Shown here piece after piece: positions 10,875 to 24,910 of a stretch of 44,861 nt of DNA (its first letter is position 1; each line of letters begins with the position of its first letter). The notes beneath the pieces are model-generated. The model did not search any database and had not been told where the DNA came from. It was given only the letters and a program-made list of their open reading frames with translations. Source of the stretch: Candidatus Eiseniibacteriota bacterium (lineage in GTDB: Bacteria > Eisenbacteria > RBG-16-71-46 > CAZEPH01); assembly GCA_044229145.1 (NCBI GenBank), contig JBGATO010000029.1:1-44861 (forward strand). Reading direction: 5' to 3'. Both the position numbers and the translations under genes were made by a program.

Positions 10875-11593
10875 CGGGCGAGATGTCCGACCACCCCTCG
10901 CGGACATCGCCGCCGCTCACGTCCGCGCCTCCGCGCGGCCGGGCGGCGGCGCGCGCGCGTTCCAAGCACGGCGGGACGATTACGCTCGCCGACGAACTCC
11001 GCCGCAAGTCGATCCACCTCGCCTCGATCGGTATTCCGATCGCGTACTATTTCGTCCCGCGCACGGCGTCCACGCGCATTCTGCTCGGTGTCTTCCTGGT
11101 TCTGCTGATCATCGACCTGATCCGCCTGCAGACACCGCGCTATCGGTGGCTGGTGCGGCAGTTCCTCGGCGACATTCTGCGCGGGCACGAGTCGCGCGAC
11201 CTGCTCGCGTCGACGTACCTCATCCTTGCCTCGTTGCTCACCCTCTATATCGTCCCGCAGAAGCAGGCGGCGATTTGCGCGCTGGCATTCATGGTGGTGG
11301 GAGACACGGCCGCCGCGCTGGTGGGCCGCCGCTGGGGACGGACGAGGTTCTTCGGCAAGAGCTTGGAGGGGAGCACCGCGTTCTTCATCTCGTGCGTCGC
11401 CGCCGGCGCGATCGTGCTGCAACTGCCGCCGCCGGCGGAACATGCGATTCCGGCGCTCACGTGGCCGGTGATGCTGGCCGGCGCCTTCTTCGCCACCGTC
11501 TTCGAGGCCTTGCCGATACCGCTCGATGACAACTTCAGCGTCCCGTTGGCGGCGGGAATCGCCATGATGACGCTGCTCGGCACACCCGGCTAA
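10871..11593 (+). CDS. SEC59/DGK1/VTE5 family CTP-dependent polyprenol/diacylglycerol kinase-like membrane protein
   Basis: ELRRKSIHL, GDTAAALVGRRWG, KSLEGS and DDNFSVP motifs; multiple TMs; ATGA overlap with the upstream gene. Confidence 0.85.
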   Translation: MTGEMSDHPSRTSPPLTSAPPRGRAAARARSKHGGTITLADELRRKSIHLASIGIPIAYYFVPRTASTRILLGVFLVLLIIDLIRLQTPRYRWLVRQFLGDILRGHESRDLLASTYLILASLLTLYIVPQKQAAICALAFMVVGDTAAALVGRRWGRTRFFGKSLEGSTAFFISCVAAGAIVLQLPPPAEHAIPALTWPVMLAGAFFATVFEALPIPLDDNFSVPLAAGIAMMTLLGTPG

Positions 11594-11674
11594 CTCATTG
11601 TCCCACAGGGGGAGACGTGCCCCACCGCGGGTGGGGCGCCGGCCCCGGCGCGGCACCGGCCGCTGCCGAATCGC

Positions 11675-11704
11675 TTGCTCCGCCGGAAGTCCGGCTGCTA
11701 GGCT
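11675..11704 (+). promoter_or_regulatory. Putative sigma70-type promoter for the secA operon
   Basis: TTGCTC-18 nt-TAGGCT with a TGn extension, in the intergenic region. Confidence 0.45.
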
Positions 11705-11827
11705 CCCCCGAACAACCAGTGGAACCCCGGATCCGACAGGTCATGGACGACGGTCGCCGGGGCGGCGCAGCCTGTCTCCCGGCCGGTCCGGGCGACCTGC
11801 ATACCGAGGAGGGGTCACCCCTACGCA

Positions 11828-15036
<3,209 letters not shown>

Positions 15037-15040
<4 letters not shown>

Positions 15041-15495
15041 ACGATCGCGTCCCCGAAGTCGTGGCGATGATCCTCGAACAACTACGTGCCTTCGTCGAGG
15101 GCGATGAGCTCGCGCTCTCCGACCTGTCCGACGCGCTCGACCTGAGCGACTACGACACCGACGAAGTGGACGCGGCGTTCGACTTCATCTTCCAGGCCCT
15201 CGACCCGGTGACGCGTGAAACATACGCCGAACGGCAGCCGGGGGCACCCGGCCTGCGCGTGCTCAACGATTCCGAGCGGCGCGCGCTGTCGCCCGAGGCC
15301 TACGGATACGTGTTGCGCCTGAAGGAACAGGGCGTGCTGTCGGATGCGCAGGTGGAGGCGATCCTCGAACAGGTGGTGCTCGGGCGCGGACAGGCGGCCC
15401 AGCTCGACGACATCAGCGCGCTCGCGTCGGAAGTCGTGCTGCAGCCGTTCGAAGCCAATCGCACGGTCCACGATCCTCCGGAGGAGCGGCACTAG
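15037..15495 (+). CDS. DUF494/Smg family protein
   Basis: [39 protein letters not shown] matches the Smg pattern. It lies directly upstream of topA, its usual context. GTG start overlaps the secA stop. Confidence 0.8.
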
Positions 15496-15615
15496 TCCTG
15501 CTCGACGCCGCCCGCCGACGCGTGGACTGGGTGACCCGCCCGCGACCGCTCACCGATTGCCGCGCCACCCGTTCGCGGGGGCGCGGCACACACGTCAGTC
15601 CAATGGAGTTGCCGG

Positions 15616-17817
15616 ATGCCTAAGTCCCTCGTGATCGTCGAGTCGCCCACCAAGGCCAAGACCATTTCGAAGTATCTCGGTCGCAACGTCACGGTGCGTG
15701 CGTCGGGCGGTCACCTGCGCGATCTGCCGAAGAGCGAACTCGGGGTCGACCTCGAGCAGAACTTCGCCCCCAAGTACGTGCAGATCCGCGGCAAGGCCAA
15801 GATCATCCAAGACCTCAAGGCGGAAGCCAAGAAGGCGGATGTCGTGTACCTGGCGCCCGACCCCGACCGCGAGGGCGAGGCGATTGCCTGGCACTTGGCG
15901 GAGATCCTGAAGGGCGTCCCGCTCAAGCGGCTGGACTTCTACGAGATCACCAAGAAGGGCATCACCGAGGCGATGGAGCGGCCGCGCGAAATCGACGCGC
16001 CGCGCGTCAACGCGCAGCAGGCGCGTCGCGTACTCGACCGCATCGTCGGCTACAAGGTGAGTCCGTTCTTGTGGCGGACCCTGCGCCGAGGCTTGTCCGC
16101 CGGACGCGTGCAGACGGTTGCCCTGCGCTTGATCACCGAGCGCGAGGACGAGATCGACGCCTTCGTGCCAGAGGAGTACTGGTCGATCGAGGCGGATCTG
16201 CGCCGCGCGACCGGGGAAGCGGTGGTGGCGCGCGTCGTCAGCGTCGACGGCGAGAAGTTCAAGATCGTCACCGGCGAGGCGGCGCACGCGCTGGTCGCCG
16301 AACTGCAGGGGGCGTCCTACAGCGTCGCGCAGATGCGCTTCCAGGAGAAGAAGCGCCGCCCGCTGCCGCCGTACATTACATCGACCCTGCAGCAGGATGC
16401 GTTCCGCCGCCTGCGGTACAGCGCGTCGCGCACCATGACGCTGGCGCAGCAATTGTACGAAGGCATCGAGCTTGGCGCCGAAGGTCCCGTCGGTCTCATC
16501 ACCTACATGCGTACCGACTCGACGCGCATCAGCGACGATGCGATCGCGGAAGTGCGCGGACACATCGTGGAGGCCTACGGCGCGCCCTATCTGCCGGACG
16601 CGCCGCGCTTCTACAAGTCGCGCGCCACAGCACAGGGCGCGCACGAGGCGATCCGCCCGTCGTCGGTGCTGCGCACGCCGGAGTCGGTGAAACCGTTCCT
16701 GCGCGACGACCTCTTCAAGCTGTACACGCTGATCTGGAACCGCTTCGTCTCATGCCAGATGACCGACGAGCGCGTGAAGGTGACGACCGCCGAGATCACC
16801 GCAGGCCGCATTGGTTTGCGAGTCAGCGGCACCGTGACGGTGTTCGATGGCTTCAGCCGCGTCGCCGGCGACCCGAGCCGCGACGGCGACGACCCGATGC
16901 CGGACCTCAAGGAAGGCGAGGCGCTGACCTGCGACGGCGTGCGTCCGGCGCAGCACTTCACGGAGCCGCCGCCACGCTTCACCGAGGCATCCCTCATCCG
17001 CGCGCTCGAAGACAAGGGCATCGGCCGGCCGTCGACGTACGCGACCATCGTCTCGACCATCCAGCAGCGCGCCTACGTCGAGCGCAGCGGCTCGGCGCTC
17101 AAGCCGACCGAACTGGGCCGCGCGGTGGCGAAGCTCCTGCTCGCCACGTTCCCGGCGCTCTTCGACGTGCAATTCACCGCGCGGATGGAAGGCGATCTCG
17201 ACAAAGTCGAAGACGGCAGCAGCGACTGGATCCAAGTGTTGCACGAGTTCTACACGCCGTTCGTCGACACGCTGACCACCGCGGAAGGCAAGACCGAGGA
17301 ATTGCGCGCCTCGCTGCAGACGCCCAGCGGCGTGATCTGCGAGAAGTGCGGCAAGGAGATGGTGAAGAAGTTCGGCCGCAACGGACCATTCCTCGCGTGT
17401 CCGGGCTATCCGGAGTGCCGCAACGCGAAGAACCTCGGCGACGAAGGCGAGAAATTCGAGGTCGACGGGTCGTGTCCGAAGTGCGGCTCGTCGCTGCTGT
17501 TGCGCACCGGACGCTATGGACGCTTCGTGGCGTGCAGCAGCTATCCGGATTGCAAGCACACGCAGCCGGTGAAGGTCGGCGTGACGTGCCCGAAGTGCGC
17601 GCAAGGACAGTTGTGCGAGAAGCGCAGCAAGCGCGGCAAGAACTTCTACGGATGCGAGCGCTATCCCGAGTGCGACTACGCGATCTGGGACAAGCCGGTG
17701 CCGACCCCGTGCCCGGTGTGCAACCACGCCTTCGTGGTCGAGAAGTATTCGCAACGCGGGGGCGCGTCGCTCCGGTGCCCGTCGTGTAAGTCGGTCCTGG
17801 AGGCGGAGGCCGAGTGA
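15616..17817 (+). CDS. topA: DNA topoisomerase I
   Basis: [43 protein letters not shown] (catalytic Tyr), GIGRPSTYA; four C-terminal Cys4 zinc ribbons. Confidence 0.98.
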   Translation: MPKSLVIVESPTKAKTISKYLGRNVTVRASGGHLRDLPKSELGVDLEQNFAPKYVQIRGKAKIIQDLKAEAKKADVVYLAPDPDREGEAIAWHLAEILKGVPLKRLDFYEITKKGITEAMERPREIDAPRVNAQQARRVLDRIVGYKVSPFLWRTLRRGLSAGRVQTVALRLITEREDEIDAFVPEEYWSIEADLRRATGEAVVARVVSVDGEKFKIVTGEAAHALVAELQGASYSVAQMRFQEKKRRPLPPYITSTLQQDAFRRLRYSASRTMTLAQQLYEGIELGAEGPVGLITYMRTDSTRISDDAIAEVRGHIVEAYGAPYLPDAPRFYKSRATAQGAHEAIRPSSVLRTPESVKPFLRDDLFKLYTLIWNRFVSCQMTDERVKVTTAEITAGRIGLRVSGTVTVFDGFSRVAGDPSRDGDDPMPDLKEGEALTCDGVRPAQHFTEPPPRFTEASLIRALEDKGIGRPSTYATIVSTIQQRAYVERSGSALKPTELGRAVAKLLLATFPALFDVQFTARMEGDLDKVEDGSSDWIQVLHEFYTPFVDTLTTAEGKTEELRASLQTPSGVICEKCGKEMVKKFGRNGPFLACPGYPECRNAKNLGDEGEKFEVDGSCPKCGSSLLLRTGRYGRFVACSSYPDCKHTQPVKVGVTCPKCAQGQLCEKRSKRGKNFYGCERYPECDYAIWDKPVPTPCPVCNHAFVVEKYSQRGGASLRCPSCKSVLEAEAE

Positions 17818-18797
17818 GTCCGAAGGGGCCTCTGTCGGCGCGGCGCTCGGCCGCGACTCCGGCGGCCCCACCCGCCGCGGCGGGCGATCTGCTCGCGTGG
17901 CCCGGAATGGTCGAAGGGCACCTGCGTGACGTGCGGCGCGCTTCACCGCATACGGTGCTCGCGTACGGCAAAGACCTCACGGAGGCGGCGGCGTTCTTCG
18001 CCGTCCGCGGCCGGTCGCAACTCGGCGAGGTCACGGTGCGCGATGTCCGGGCGTGGGTGCAGCACCTCGCGGAGCGCCAGCTCAGCCCCCGTAGCATCGG
18101 CCGCAAGCTGGCGGCGCTGCGCGCCGGGCTCGATCTCGCGCTCGAGCGCGGCGTCATCGCGGTGAACCCGGCGCGAGCCGTGCGCCCGCCGCGCGTGCAC
18201 AAGCGCCTGCCGGCGTTTCTGTCCGAGCGGGAAACCGGCGAAGTGTTCGCGGCGTTCGCCGCGGATACGCGCCCCGACGGCGATGCCGCGGCACTTGGAC
18301 GCTGGGCGCGCGACCGCGCGATCCTCGAGTTGCTCTATGGCGGTGGTCTGCGCCTCTCCGAACTCCTGGGACTCGATCTCGCGGATGTCGACCGCGCGCA
18401 GTCGTTGGTGCGCGTGCTCGGCAAGGGGCGCAAGGAGCGCATCGTTCCGCTCGGGACGCCAGCCCTGGATGCGCTCGCGTTCTACCTGACGCATCGGCCA
18501 CGTCCCGCCGCCGGCTCCACCGCGCTGTTCGTCGGCCGCGCCGGACAGCGGCTGTCGCCGCGCATGGCGCGCCTCATCGTCAGCCGCGCGCTGCGCCGCA
18601 TTGCGGACCGCGCGCGCATGTCGCCGCACGCGCTGCGGCACTCGTTCGCCACCCACCTGCTCGACCGCGGCGCCGATATCCGCACCGTGCAGGAACTCCT
18701 CGGCCACGCCTCGATCGCCACCACGCAAATCTACACGCACGTGACAGTGGAGCGCTTGCGGGCCAGCTACGATGCCGCGCATCCGCGCGGCGGATGA
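17814..18797 (+). CDS. xerC: Tyrosine recombinase XerC
   Basis: [48 protein letters not shown]. The topA-xerC-hslVU context supports the call. Confidence 0.88.
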   Translation: MSPKGPLSARRSAATPAAPPAAAGDLLAWPGMVEGHLRDVRRASPHTVLAYGKDLTEAAAFFAVRGRSQLGEVTVRDVRAWVQHLAERQLSPRSIGRKLAALRAGLDLALERGVIAVNPARAVRPPRVHKRLPAFLSERETGEVFAAFAADTRPDGDAAALGRWARDRAILELLYGGGLRLSELLGLDLADVDRAQSLVRVLGKGRKERIVPLGTPALDALAFYLTHRPRPAAGSTALFVGRAGQRLSPRMARLIVSRALRRIADRARMSPHALRHSFATHLLDRGADIRTVQELLGHASIATTQIYTHVTVERLRASYDAAHPRGG

Positions 18798-18827
18798 ACG
18801 CGGCCCCCTCGCCGCATCGGAGAATGC

Positions 18828-19409
18828 ATGTTCCAATCCAGTGACTACGCCGGCGGCCCGGGATTCGCCCGTCATCGCATGCACGCCACCACCATCCTCG
18901 GTGTGCGTCACAACGGGCGCGCCGCGATGGGCGGTGACGGCCAAGTGACCTTCGGCGACATGATCCTGAAGCACAATGCGCGCAAGGTGCGGCGGCTGTA
19001 CAAGGACACCGTGCTCGCGGGATTCGCCGGTGCGGCGGCCGACGCGTTCACCCTGTTCGACAAATTCGAGGCAGCACTCGACGCATCGCACGGAAACCTG
19101 CCGCGCGCTGCGGTCGCGCTGGCACGGGCGTGGCGCGGCGATCGGATGCTGCGGCGTCTCGAAGCGCAGCTCGCGGTGATGGACACCGAGAATTGCCTCA
19201 TCCTCTCGGGCACCGGCGACCTCGTCGAAGTCGACGACGGCGTGGTGGCGATCGGCTCCGGCGCGCCGTATGCCCTCGGTGCTGCCCGCGCGCTGGTGCG
19301 CCACAGCGATCTTGCCCCGGCCGACATCGTGCGTGCGAGTCTCACGTTGGCCGGCGAGATGTGCCTCTACACCAACACGCAGGTCGTGGTCGAGGAGGTG
19401 CAGCGATGA
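18828..19409 (+). CDS. hslV: ATP-dependent protease peptidase subunit HslV
   Basis: HATTILGVR (N-terminal Thr nucleophile after the propeptide), GDGQVT, LAGFAG, AIGSG. Alternative ATG at 18879. Confidence 0.96.
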   Translation: MFQSSDYAGGPGFARHRMHATTILGVRHNGRAAMGGDGQVTFGDMILKHNARKVRRLYKDTVLAGFAGAAADAFTLFDKFEAALDASHGNLPRAAVALARAWRGDRMLRRLEAQLAVMDTENCLILSGTGDLVEVDDGVVAIGSGAPYALGAARALVRHSDLAPADIVRASLTLAGEMCLYTNTQVVVEEVQR

Positions 19410-20761
19410 GCGGCGTCGCCGCGACGCTGCACGAGCTCACACCACGCGAGATCGTGCACGAACTCGACCAGCACGTGATCGGCCAAGCGAAGGCGAAGCG
19501 ACTCGTCGCCATCGCGCTGCGCAATCGCTGGCGCCGGCAACGCGTCGACGACGCGCTGCGCGACGACATCATGCCGCACAACATTCTGCTCATCGGCCCG
19601 ACCGGCGTGGGGAAGACGGAGATCGCGCGGCGACTCGCCAAACTCGCGGGCGCGCCGTTCCTGAAGGTCGAAGCGTCGAAGTTCACCGAGGTCGGCTACG
19701 TCGGGCGTGATGTCGAGTCGATGGTGCGCGATCTCGTGGAGGTGGCGATCGGCCTGGTGCGCGCGGAGCGCCGGGGCGACACCGAGGCGCGCGCCAAGCG
19801 GCAGGCCGAAGAGCGCCTGCTCGATCTGCTCCTGCCGGCGCCGCCGCGCCGTCCCGCCCACGACGAGACCGCGGAGCCGGACAGCTACGCGCGTTCGCGC
19901 GACCGCGTGCGCGACGAACTGCGCCGCGGCGCGCTCGACGCACGTCCCGTCGAGTTCGAGATCACGGAAAAGCCTGTAGTGCCGTTCCTCGCCACGCCCG
20001 GCATGGAGCACGGCGGCAACGCCCTCGGCGACTCGCTGTCGCGATTGTTCCCGCCGCGCAGCGTGCGCAAGACGATGACGGTGGGCGAGGCGCGCGCGGT
20101 GCTCGAAGCCGAAGAGAGCGAGAAGCTCGTCGACATGGATAGCGTTACTGCGGAGGCGCTGCGCCGCACGCAGGAACTCGGCATCATCTTCCTCGACGAG
20201 ATCGACAAGATCTGCGGCAGCGACGAACGGCGCGGAGCCGACGTGTCGCGCGAGGGCGTGCAGCGCGACTTGCTGCCGATCGTCGAAGGGTCCACCGTCA
20301 CCACCAAGCACGGCATGGTCTCGACCGATCACATCCTGTTCATCGCCGCCGGTGCGTTCCATCACAGCAAGCCTTCCGACCTCATCCCAGAATTGCAGGG
20401 GCGATTTCCGATCCGCGTCGAACTCGAGTCACTGACGCGCGAGGATTTCGCGCGCATCTTGCGTGAACCGCGCTCGGCCCTGCTCACGCAGTATCGCGCT
20501 CTGATGGCCACCGAGGGCTATGAACTGACATTCGAAGACGCGGCGGTCGAAGCCATTGCCGATGTCGCGGCGCGGGTCAACGAGCGCCAGGAGAACATCG
20601 GCGCCCGTCGCCTCCACACCGTGCTCAACGCGCTGCTCGAGGACGTCCTGTTCGACGTGCCGGATCGCGCCGAACGCACCATCCACATCGACGCGACGCG
20701 CGTGCACGCGGCGCTCGACTCGCTGGCGGGCGACGAGGACATGAGCCGGTTCATCCTGTAG
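19406..20761 (+). CDS. hslU: ATP-dependent protease ATPase subunit HslU
   Basis: [67 protein letters not shown]. Confidence 0.97.
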   Translation: MSGVAATLHELTPREIVHELDQHVIGQAKAKRLVAIALRNRWRRQRVDDALRDDIMPHNILLIGPTGVGKTEIARRLAKLAGAPFLKVEASKFTEVGYVGRDVESMVRDLVEVAIGLVRAERRGDTEARAKRQAEERLLDLLLPAPPRRPAHDETAEPDSYARSRDRVRDELRRGALDARPVEFEITEKPVVPFLATPGMEHGGNALGDSLSRLFPPRSVRKTMTVGEARAVLEAEESEKLVDMDSVTAEALRRTQELGIIFLDEIDKICGSDERRGADVSREGVQRDLLPIVEGSTVTTKHGMVSTDHILFIAAGAFHHSKPSDLIPELQGRFPIRVELESLTREDFARILREPRSALLTQYRALMATEGYELTFEDAAVEAIADVAARVNERQENIGARRLHTVLNALLEDVLFDVPDRAERTIHIDATRVHAALDSLAGDEDMSRFIL

Positions 20762-20811
20762 TGCCTGGCATGGGTCGCAGGGAGGTGGTCCAGCACGACC
20801 GTGGGCGCATG

Positions 20812-20840
20812 TTGGCGGTCGCCCGACGCCGCGCTAGACT
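20812..20840 (+). promoter_or_regulatory. Putative promoter for the argF-dap-proS operon
   Basis: TTGGCG-17 nt-TAGACT upstream of the argF RBS. Confidence 0.45.
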
Positions 20841-20888
20841 GCTCGCCGACGGGGGAGCGATCGCGCTCGCCCGAGGAGGGAGGATTTC

Positions 20889-21839
20889 GTGAGCACCGAC
20901 ACCGCGGCCGCCGTCGCGACCGCCCCGCATTTCCTGTGCGTCGACGACTGGGACCGCGCACGCCTCGCCGACGCGCTGAACCTCGCGCAGACCCTGAAGG
21001 CCGAAGCGCACCGTGGCGTCGTGCGGCGCTCCCACGCCGGCCAGTCGGTCGCGCTGGTGTTTCACAAGCCGAGTCTGCGCACCCGTGTGTCATTCGAAGT
21101 CGCGCTGGCCCAGCTCGGTGCCAAGGGCATCTACCTCACCGATGGCGAAATCGGCATCAACAGCCGCGAGCCGGTGCAGGACGTCGGCCGCGTGCTGGCG
21201 CGATACGTCGACGCGATCGTCATCCGGACCTTCGCGCACCAGAACGTCGTCGATCTCGCGCGATGGTCCAGCGTGCCGGTGATCAATGCGCTCACCGATT
21301 TGTCGCATCCGTGCCAGATCCTCGGCGACCTGCTCACCGTCGTCGAAAGTGGATTCGCACTCGACGGCCTCAAGGTCGCGTTCATCGGCGACGGCAACAA
21401 CGTGGCGAATTCGTGGGTGGAGGCGAGCGCTCGTTTCGCGCTCGACTTGCGGATCGCCTGCCCGGCAGGTGACCAGCCGGACGAGGCGACCCTGGCGCGC
21501 GCCCGTGCCGCCGGCGCGGCGGTGCGGGTCGTCCACGATCCCCGCGAAGCCGCCGACGGCGCGCAGGTCCTCTACACCGACGTGTGGGCAAGCATGGGCC
21601 AGGAGGCCGAAAAGGCCGCGCGCGCGCAGCGCTTCCAGGGCTTCACCATCGACAACGCCCTGCTCGGCGTGGCGGCCCCGGATGCAGTGGTCATGCACTG
21701 CTTGCCGGCGCACCGCGGCGAGGAAATCACCGACGAGGTGATGGAAGGCCCGCAGTCCGTCGTGTTCAACCAGGCGGAGAACCGCCTGCACGTGCAGCGC
21801 GCGGTGCTGGCGATGGTCATGGCCCCGACCGCCACGTGA
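20889..21839 (+). CDS. argF: Ornithine carbamoyltransferase
   Basis: KPSLRTRVSFE, HPCQ, GDGNNVANS, YTDVWASMGQ, HCLPAHRGEE, QAENRLH; GGAGG RBS. Confidence 0.93.
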   Translation: MSTDTAAAVATAPHFLCVDDWDRARLADALNLAQTLKAEAHRGVVRRSHAGQSVALVFHKPSLRTRVSFEVALAQLGAKGIYLTDGEIGINSREPVQDVGRVLARYVDAIVIRTFAHQNVVDLARWSSVPVINALTDLSHPCQILGDLLTVVESGFALDGLKVAFIGDGNNVANSWVEASARFALDLRIACPAGDQPDEATLARARAAGAAVRVVHDPREAADGAQVLYTDVWASMGQEAEKAARAQRFQGFTIDNALLGVAAPDAVVMHCLPAHRGEEITDEVMEGPQSVVFNQAENRLHVQRAVLAMVMAPTAT

Positions 21840-23056
21840 TCGAGCCGTTCCGCGAGGGGCGCGCTTCGGCGCGCCTGGTCGTCGCGGCGCAGCTGGTGGC
21901 GATCCTCGCCGCCGGCTGCGCCAAGCCCATGCCGCCGCCGGGCGGCCCGGTGGATACCACGCCGCCACGCGTCGTGCGCACACTTCCGGCCGACCGCACG
22001 ACGCACCAGGACACGTTGCGCGCGGTGCACGTCGAGTTCAGCGAATCGATGGATCGCCGGAGCGTGCGCGGCAACACGCTGATCTCGCCATCGCCCGGCC
22101 CGGTGCAGTGGGAGTGGTCCGGGCGGGAGGCACGCATCCTGTTCGCCCAACCACTTGCGCCCGTCACCACCTACACCGTCACGCTGGCGTCGACGATGAC
22201 GGACCTCAAGGCGAACCATCTGACCCAGGCGGCGGCGGTGCGCTTCAGCACCGGCGCGGCCCTCGATTCGGGGTCGGTCCACGGTACCGTGGGTGGGCGG
22301 CGGACGCGCGGTCCTGGGCTCTATGTCCTGCTGCGTCGCGACAGCACGACCCTGGCGGAGGCCGCCCGGCTCGTCGTGCGTGCGCAGACCGGCCAGGATG
22401 CCACGGGGCCCCTGGCCGGGGCCTCGCTGGCGGAACTCGGAGACTTCGTCACGCCGGTGGATCCGAGCGGCGGGTTCGCGTTCGACGGATTGCCGGATGG
22501 CGGGTTCACCATCGCGGCGTTCGCCGATCGCAACGGTAATCGCGCATTCGACCCGGACCGCGATCTGCTCGGCGTCGCGTGCGATCCGGTGAGCGTGCGG
22601 GGCGGCGAACCGGTGGCCGCGATCCAGTTGTGGGTGGGGGATAGCGACGAGCGTCCGACGCTGCGCGGCACCGTGACCGATTCCGCCTGGGCTGCCGCGC
22701 GCGCGGCGCGCGACTCGACGGCCGCCGATTCGCTGCGACGCACACCACTCTGGGTGCTGCTCGACGGCGACTCCGCGCGGACCGTGCGCGTCGACTCGCT
22801 CGGTGTGTTCCGGGTGGCCGACGTGGCGCCCGGCCGCTATCGCGTGCGCGCGTTCCGTGATCTCGATGGAGACTCCGCGTGGACCGCCGGACACGAGCCG
22901 GCGACCGACAGTGTCGTCGTGTGCCTCGGCTGGGGCGCCGACGTCGCAGGGGTGAGCCTCGGCTTCCCGCCGCCGCGGGTTCAGCCTGTGGTCCCGCCGC
23001 CCGAGCCGCCTCCCGTGCCACCCGCCCCGAAGCGCCGCCCCCGCCGGACGCGCTGA
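21836..23056 (+). CDS. Lipoprotein with bacterial Ig-like (Big_5-type) domain
   Basis: Lipobox LAAG-C followed by AKPMPPPGGPVDTTPPRVV, VEFSESMD, DxN/DGx loops (DRNGN, DLDGD) and a Pro-rich tail. GTGA overlap with argF. Confidence 0.75.
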   Translation: MIEPFREGRASARLVVAAQLVAILAAGCAKPMPPPGGPVDTTPPRVVRTLPADRTTHQDTLRAVHVEFSESMDRRSVRGNTLISPSPGPVQWEWSGREARILFAQPLAPVTTYTVTLASTMTDLKANHLTQAAAVRFSTGAALDSGSVHGTVGGRRTRGPGLYVLLRRDSTTLAEAARLVVRAQTGQDATGPLAGASLAELGDFVTPVDPSGGFAFDGLPDGGFTIAAFADRNGNRAFDPDRDLLGVACDPVSVRGGEPVAAIQLWVGDSDERPTLRGTVTDSAWAAARAARDSTAADSLRRTPLWVLLDGDSARTVRVDSLGVFRVADVAPGRYRVRAFRDLDGDSAWTAGHEPATDSVVVCLGWGADVAGVSLGFPPPRVQPVVPPPEPPPVPPAPKRRPRRTR

Positions 23057-23142
23057 GCGGTGCGCGTGGTCCCCGGCCGCTGCGTGGCGCCGTCCGCCGC
23101 GAGCAGGTACCATGGGCGCTTCGACCTATCCGCGGAGGCAGG

Positions 23143-24012
23143 ATGCGCGAACTCTCCTTCACGAAAATGAGCGGTGCCGGGAACGATTTCGTGGTCGCCG
23201 ACGCACGCGACGGCCTCGGCGCCGCGCTATTGCACGGGGACGTACACGCGTTCGTGCGCGAGGTCTGTCACCGCCAGTTCGGCATCGGTGCCGACGGTGT
23301 CCTGCTCGTGCAGTCTCCCGATGCGGGCAGCGGCGACGACTTCCGCATGCGCTATTTCAACGCCGACGGTGGCGAAGCGGAGATGTGCGGCAACGGGGCT
23401 CGGTGCATCAGCCGCTTTGCGCTCGGCCTCGGTCTCGGCCACGACGGCCGCGTCCGTTTCGCCACGCAGGCGGGGCCGTACAGCGGTGCGCTGGCAGGCG
23501 CCGACATTCGCGTGAACATGCTCCCGCCCACCGATCTCCGCGACGGTGTCGCCACGCAGGTGGGCGATGTGGCGTTCGAGGGGACGTATCTCAACACCGG
23601 CGTGCCGCACTACGTCGTCTGGCAGGATGCTGTCGACAGTGCCGATGTGCGCGGCTGGGGGCGAGCGCTGCGCTTCGACCCGGCGTTCGCGCCGGCAGGC
23701 GCCAACGTCGACTTCGTCCAACGCCTCGGCGATGGGTTGCGTGTCCGCACCTACGAACGCGGTGTCGAAGACGAAACGTTGGCGTGCGGCACCGGTCTCA
23801 CCGCCAGCGCGCTCGCGGCGGCGCGCCGCTGGGATCTCGCAAGCCCGGTCACATTGCGGGCGCAGAGCGGCCTCGACCTGCGCGTCTACTTCGCGCGCGA
23901 CGGCGAGAGTTTCCGCGACGTGCAGCTCGAAGGGGAAGCACGCGTGGTCTTCGAAGGACGCTATCCGCTGCGCGACGCGTGGCTCGCCACCGCGCAGTCT
24001 GCCACCGGTTAG
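23143..24012 (+). CDS. dapF: Diaminopimelate epimerase
   Basis: FTKMSGAGNDF, GIGADG, EMCGNGARC, NTGVPH, GANVDF, RTYERGVEDETLACGTG. Confidence 0.96.
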   Translation: MRELSFTKMSGAGNDFVVADARDGLGAALLHGDVHAFVREVCHRQFGIGADGVLLVQSPDAGSGDDFRMRYFNADGGEAEMCGNGARCISRFALGLGLGHDGRVRFATQAGPYSGALAGADIRVNMLPPTDLRDGVATQVGDVAFEGTYLNTGVPHYVVWQDAVDSADVRGWGRALRFDPAFAPAGANVDFVQRLGDGLRVRTYERGVEDETLACGTGLTASALAAARRWDLASPVTLRAQSGLDLRVYFARDGESFRDVQLEGEARVVFEGRYPLRDAWLATAQSATG

Positions 24013-24022
24013 GAGGTTCGCG

Positions 24023-24910
24023 ATGTTCGAGGGATTCTCGGTCGCCATGGTGACGCCGTTTCGCGACGGCGCGCTCGATCTCGCCGGCATCGAACGGCTC
24101 GTCACGCACCTCATCGAAGGCGGTGTCGACGGCATCGTCGCGCTCGGCTCCACCGGCGAGGCCGCGACGCAATCGCCCGGCGAACGGCGCACCGTGCTGC
24201 GGGAGATCCTGCGCGTGGCGCATGGCCGCGTCTGGGTGGTGGCCGGCACCGGCACCAACGACACCGCCGAGTCGATCGAACTGACGCGCATGGCGAAGCA
24301 GGAAGGCGCGCACGGTGCGATGGTGGTGACGCCGTTCTACAACAAGCCGACGCCTGCCGGTCAGATCGCCCACCTGCGCGCGATTGCCGAAGCGGTGCCG
24401 TTCGACTACATCACCTACAACGTGCCGGGACGCACCGGCACCAACACGCTGCCGGAGACGGTGCTCGCCCTCGCGCGCATTCCCGGCGTCAAGGCGGTCA
24501 AGGAGGCCAGCGGGTCGGTCGACCAGGCGAGTGCGATTCTGTGCGGCGATCCGCACCTCACGGTGCTGAGCGGCGACGACTCGCTGACCGTGCCGCTCAT
24601 GGCGATCGGGGCGAAGGGCGTGATCTCGGTGGTCGGCCACGTCGCCACCAAGGAGATGACGCAGATGGTAGCGGCGGCTGCGGCCGGGCGCACCGACGAG
24701 GCCGCGGCATGGCATCGCCGCTTGTTCCCGCTCATGCGTGTCATGTTCCTGGAGTCGAACCCGTCCCCGGTCAAGGATGCGTTGGCGCAGATCGGTATCT
24801 GCGGCGCCGAGGTGCGTTTGCCGTTGGTCGGGGTGAGCGGTGCGACGCACGACGCGATCGCCGCGCAGTTGGCTGCGGCGGGCATCGGTTCGCAACCCGC
24901 GACCGCATGA
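24023..24910 (+). CDS. dapA: 4-hydroxy-tetrahydrodipicolinate synthase
   Basis: AMVTPF, GSTGE, TPFYNKP, YNVPGRTG, VKEASG, LSGDD, ESNPSPVK; AGGAGG RBS. Confidence 0.96.
   Translation: MFEGFSVAMVTPFRDGALDLAGIERLVTHLIEGGVDGIVALGSTGEAATQSPGERRTVLREILRVAHGRVWVVAGTGTNDTAESIELTRMAKQEGAHGAMVVTPFYNKPTPAGQIAHLRAIAEAVPFDYITYNVPGRTGTNTLPETVLALARIPGVKAVKEASGSVDQASAILCGDPHLTVLSGDDSLTVPLMAIGAKGVISVVGHVATKEMTQMVAAAAAGRTDEAAAWHRRLFPLMRVMFLESNPSPVKDALAQIGICGAEVRLPLVGVSGATHDAIAAQLAAAGIGSQPATA

Noticed and set aside
11619..11637. Hairpin GCCCCACC-gcg-GGTGGGGC as a terminator
   Set aside because: It has no U-tract and a short stem, so it is too weak to call.
18828..18887. Extended HslV propeptide
   Set aside because: An alternative ATG at 18879 gives a normal short propeptide, and variable propeptides are common.
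21061..21100. SLRT instead of STRT in argF, suggesting an acetyl- or succinyl-ornithine transcarbamylase
   Set aside because: The SMG loop (DVWASMGQ) and HCLPAHRG are those of ordinary OTCase.
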